64,000 nt of DNA from Escherichia coli (GTDB lineage Bacteria; Pseudomonadota; Gammaproteobacteria; Enterobacterales; Enterobacteriaceae), in NCBI RefSeq assembly GCF_001677475.2, contig NZ_CP015229.1. One strand, 5' to 3'. The translations under genes were made by a program, and so were the position numbers. The notes under the pieces are model-generated. The model did not search any database and was not told the origin of the DNA. It saw only the letters and a program-made list of their open reading frames with translations. Positions 63,736-64,000 of the stretch are shown here, one piece after another. The stretch's first letter is position 1. Every line of letters begins with the position of its first letter.

Positions 63736-64000
63736 ATGAATAAAAACAATGATGTAATTAATATACCCGGAAAGGATGCCCTTTATATTCTAAGTGAGGT
63801 AGAGTACATATTGATATCACTTAAGAATATTGCAAGGTATTATTTCAATGGTATAGAACAGAACGTTATTGATGATAAATTGTTGAATTCTTACTTTAAA
63901 GAAACCACTAAATTTATTGATGATAAAAATATTACACATCGATTGGCTGAAATAAGAAGGGTTATTACTGAAAATTTTAATACTGATCTTGGAGATGATG
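63736..64000 (+). CDS. Orphan immunity protein 4 (3' end outside window)
   Basis: The ATG at 63736 lies 1 nt after the toxin-4 stop. The frame is open to the window edge (MNKNNDVINIPGKDALYILSEVEY...). Confidence 0.6.
   Translation, partial: MNKNNDVINIPGKDALYILSEVEYILISLKNIARYYFNGIEQNVIDDKLLNSYFKETTKFIDDKNITHRLAEIRRVITENFNTDLGDD

Overview
The window is an Escherichia coli-type chromosomal segment. Nt 1 to about 47,100 are core genome, collinear with my memory of the K-12 interval: djlC / hscC-rihA-gltLKJ-sroC-gltI-lnt-corC-ybeY-ybeZ-miaB / ubiF / metT-leuW-glnUW-metU-glnVX tRNA operon / asnB / nagDCAB-nagE / glnS / chiPQ / fur-uof-fldA / ybfE-ybfF / seqA-pgm / potE-speF-speFL / kdpEDCBAF / ybfA. 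Two differences from remembered K-12 stand out. A 1432-bp IS1397-like IS3-family element sits in the loop of the REP hairpin between djlC and hscC. Also, pgm is followed directly by potE. From about 47.1 kb to the window end lies a compositionally mosaic Rhs polymorphic-toxin island. It starts with a degraded Eag (DUF1795) chaperone gene, followed by a full-length prePAAR/PAAR-Rhs toxin (1560 aa) and its immunity gene. Four orphan toxin/immunity cassettes follow. Each cassette ends in the same GCCGGG/CCCGGC hairpin and is followed by a convergent SymE-family (AbrB-fold, type I toxin-like) ORF; one of these ORFs is intact, two lack a start codon and one is truncated. The array also contains a roughly 3.2-kb GC-rich foreign fragment with a 5'-truncated mobile-element gene and a frameshifted tyrosine recombinase. 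An ISAs1/H-repeat element with a perfect 10-bp target duplication splits orphan toxin 2. A 1388-bp near-identical direct repeat of the rhs core could swap toxin tips by recombination. A 49-bp miniature IS1397-like element is inserted in a cassette hairpin loop. The repeated linkage of SymE-like genes to Rhs cassettes is the best candidate for an undescribed system. All functional calls come from reading the translations against remembered family signatures. No database search or computation was possible, and compositional statements are by eye.
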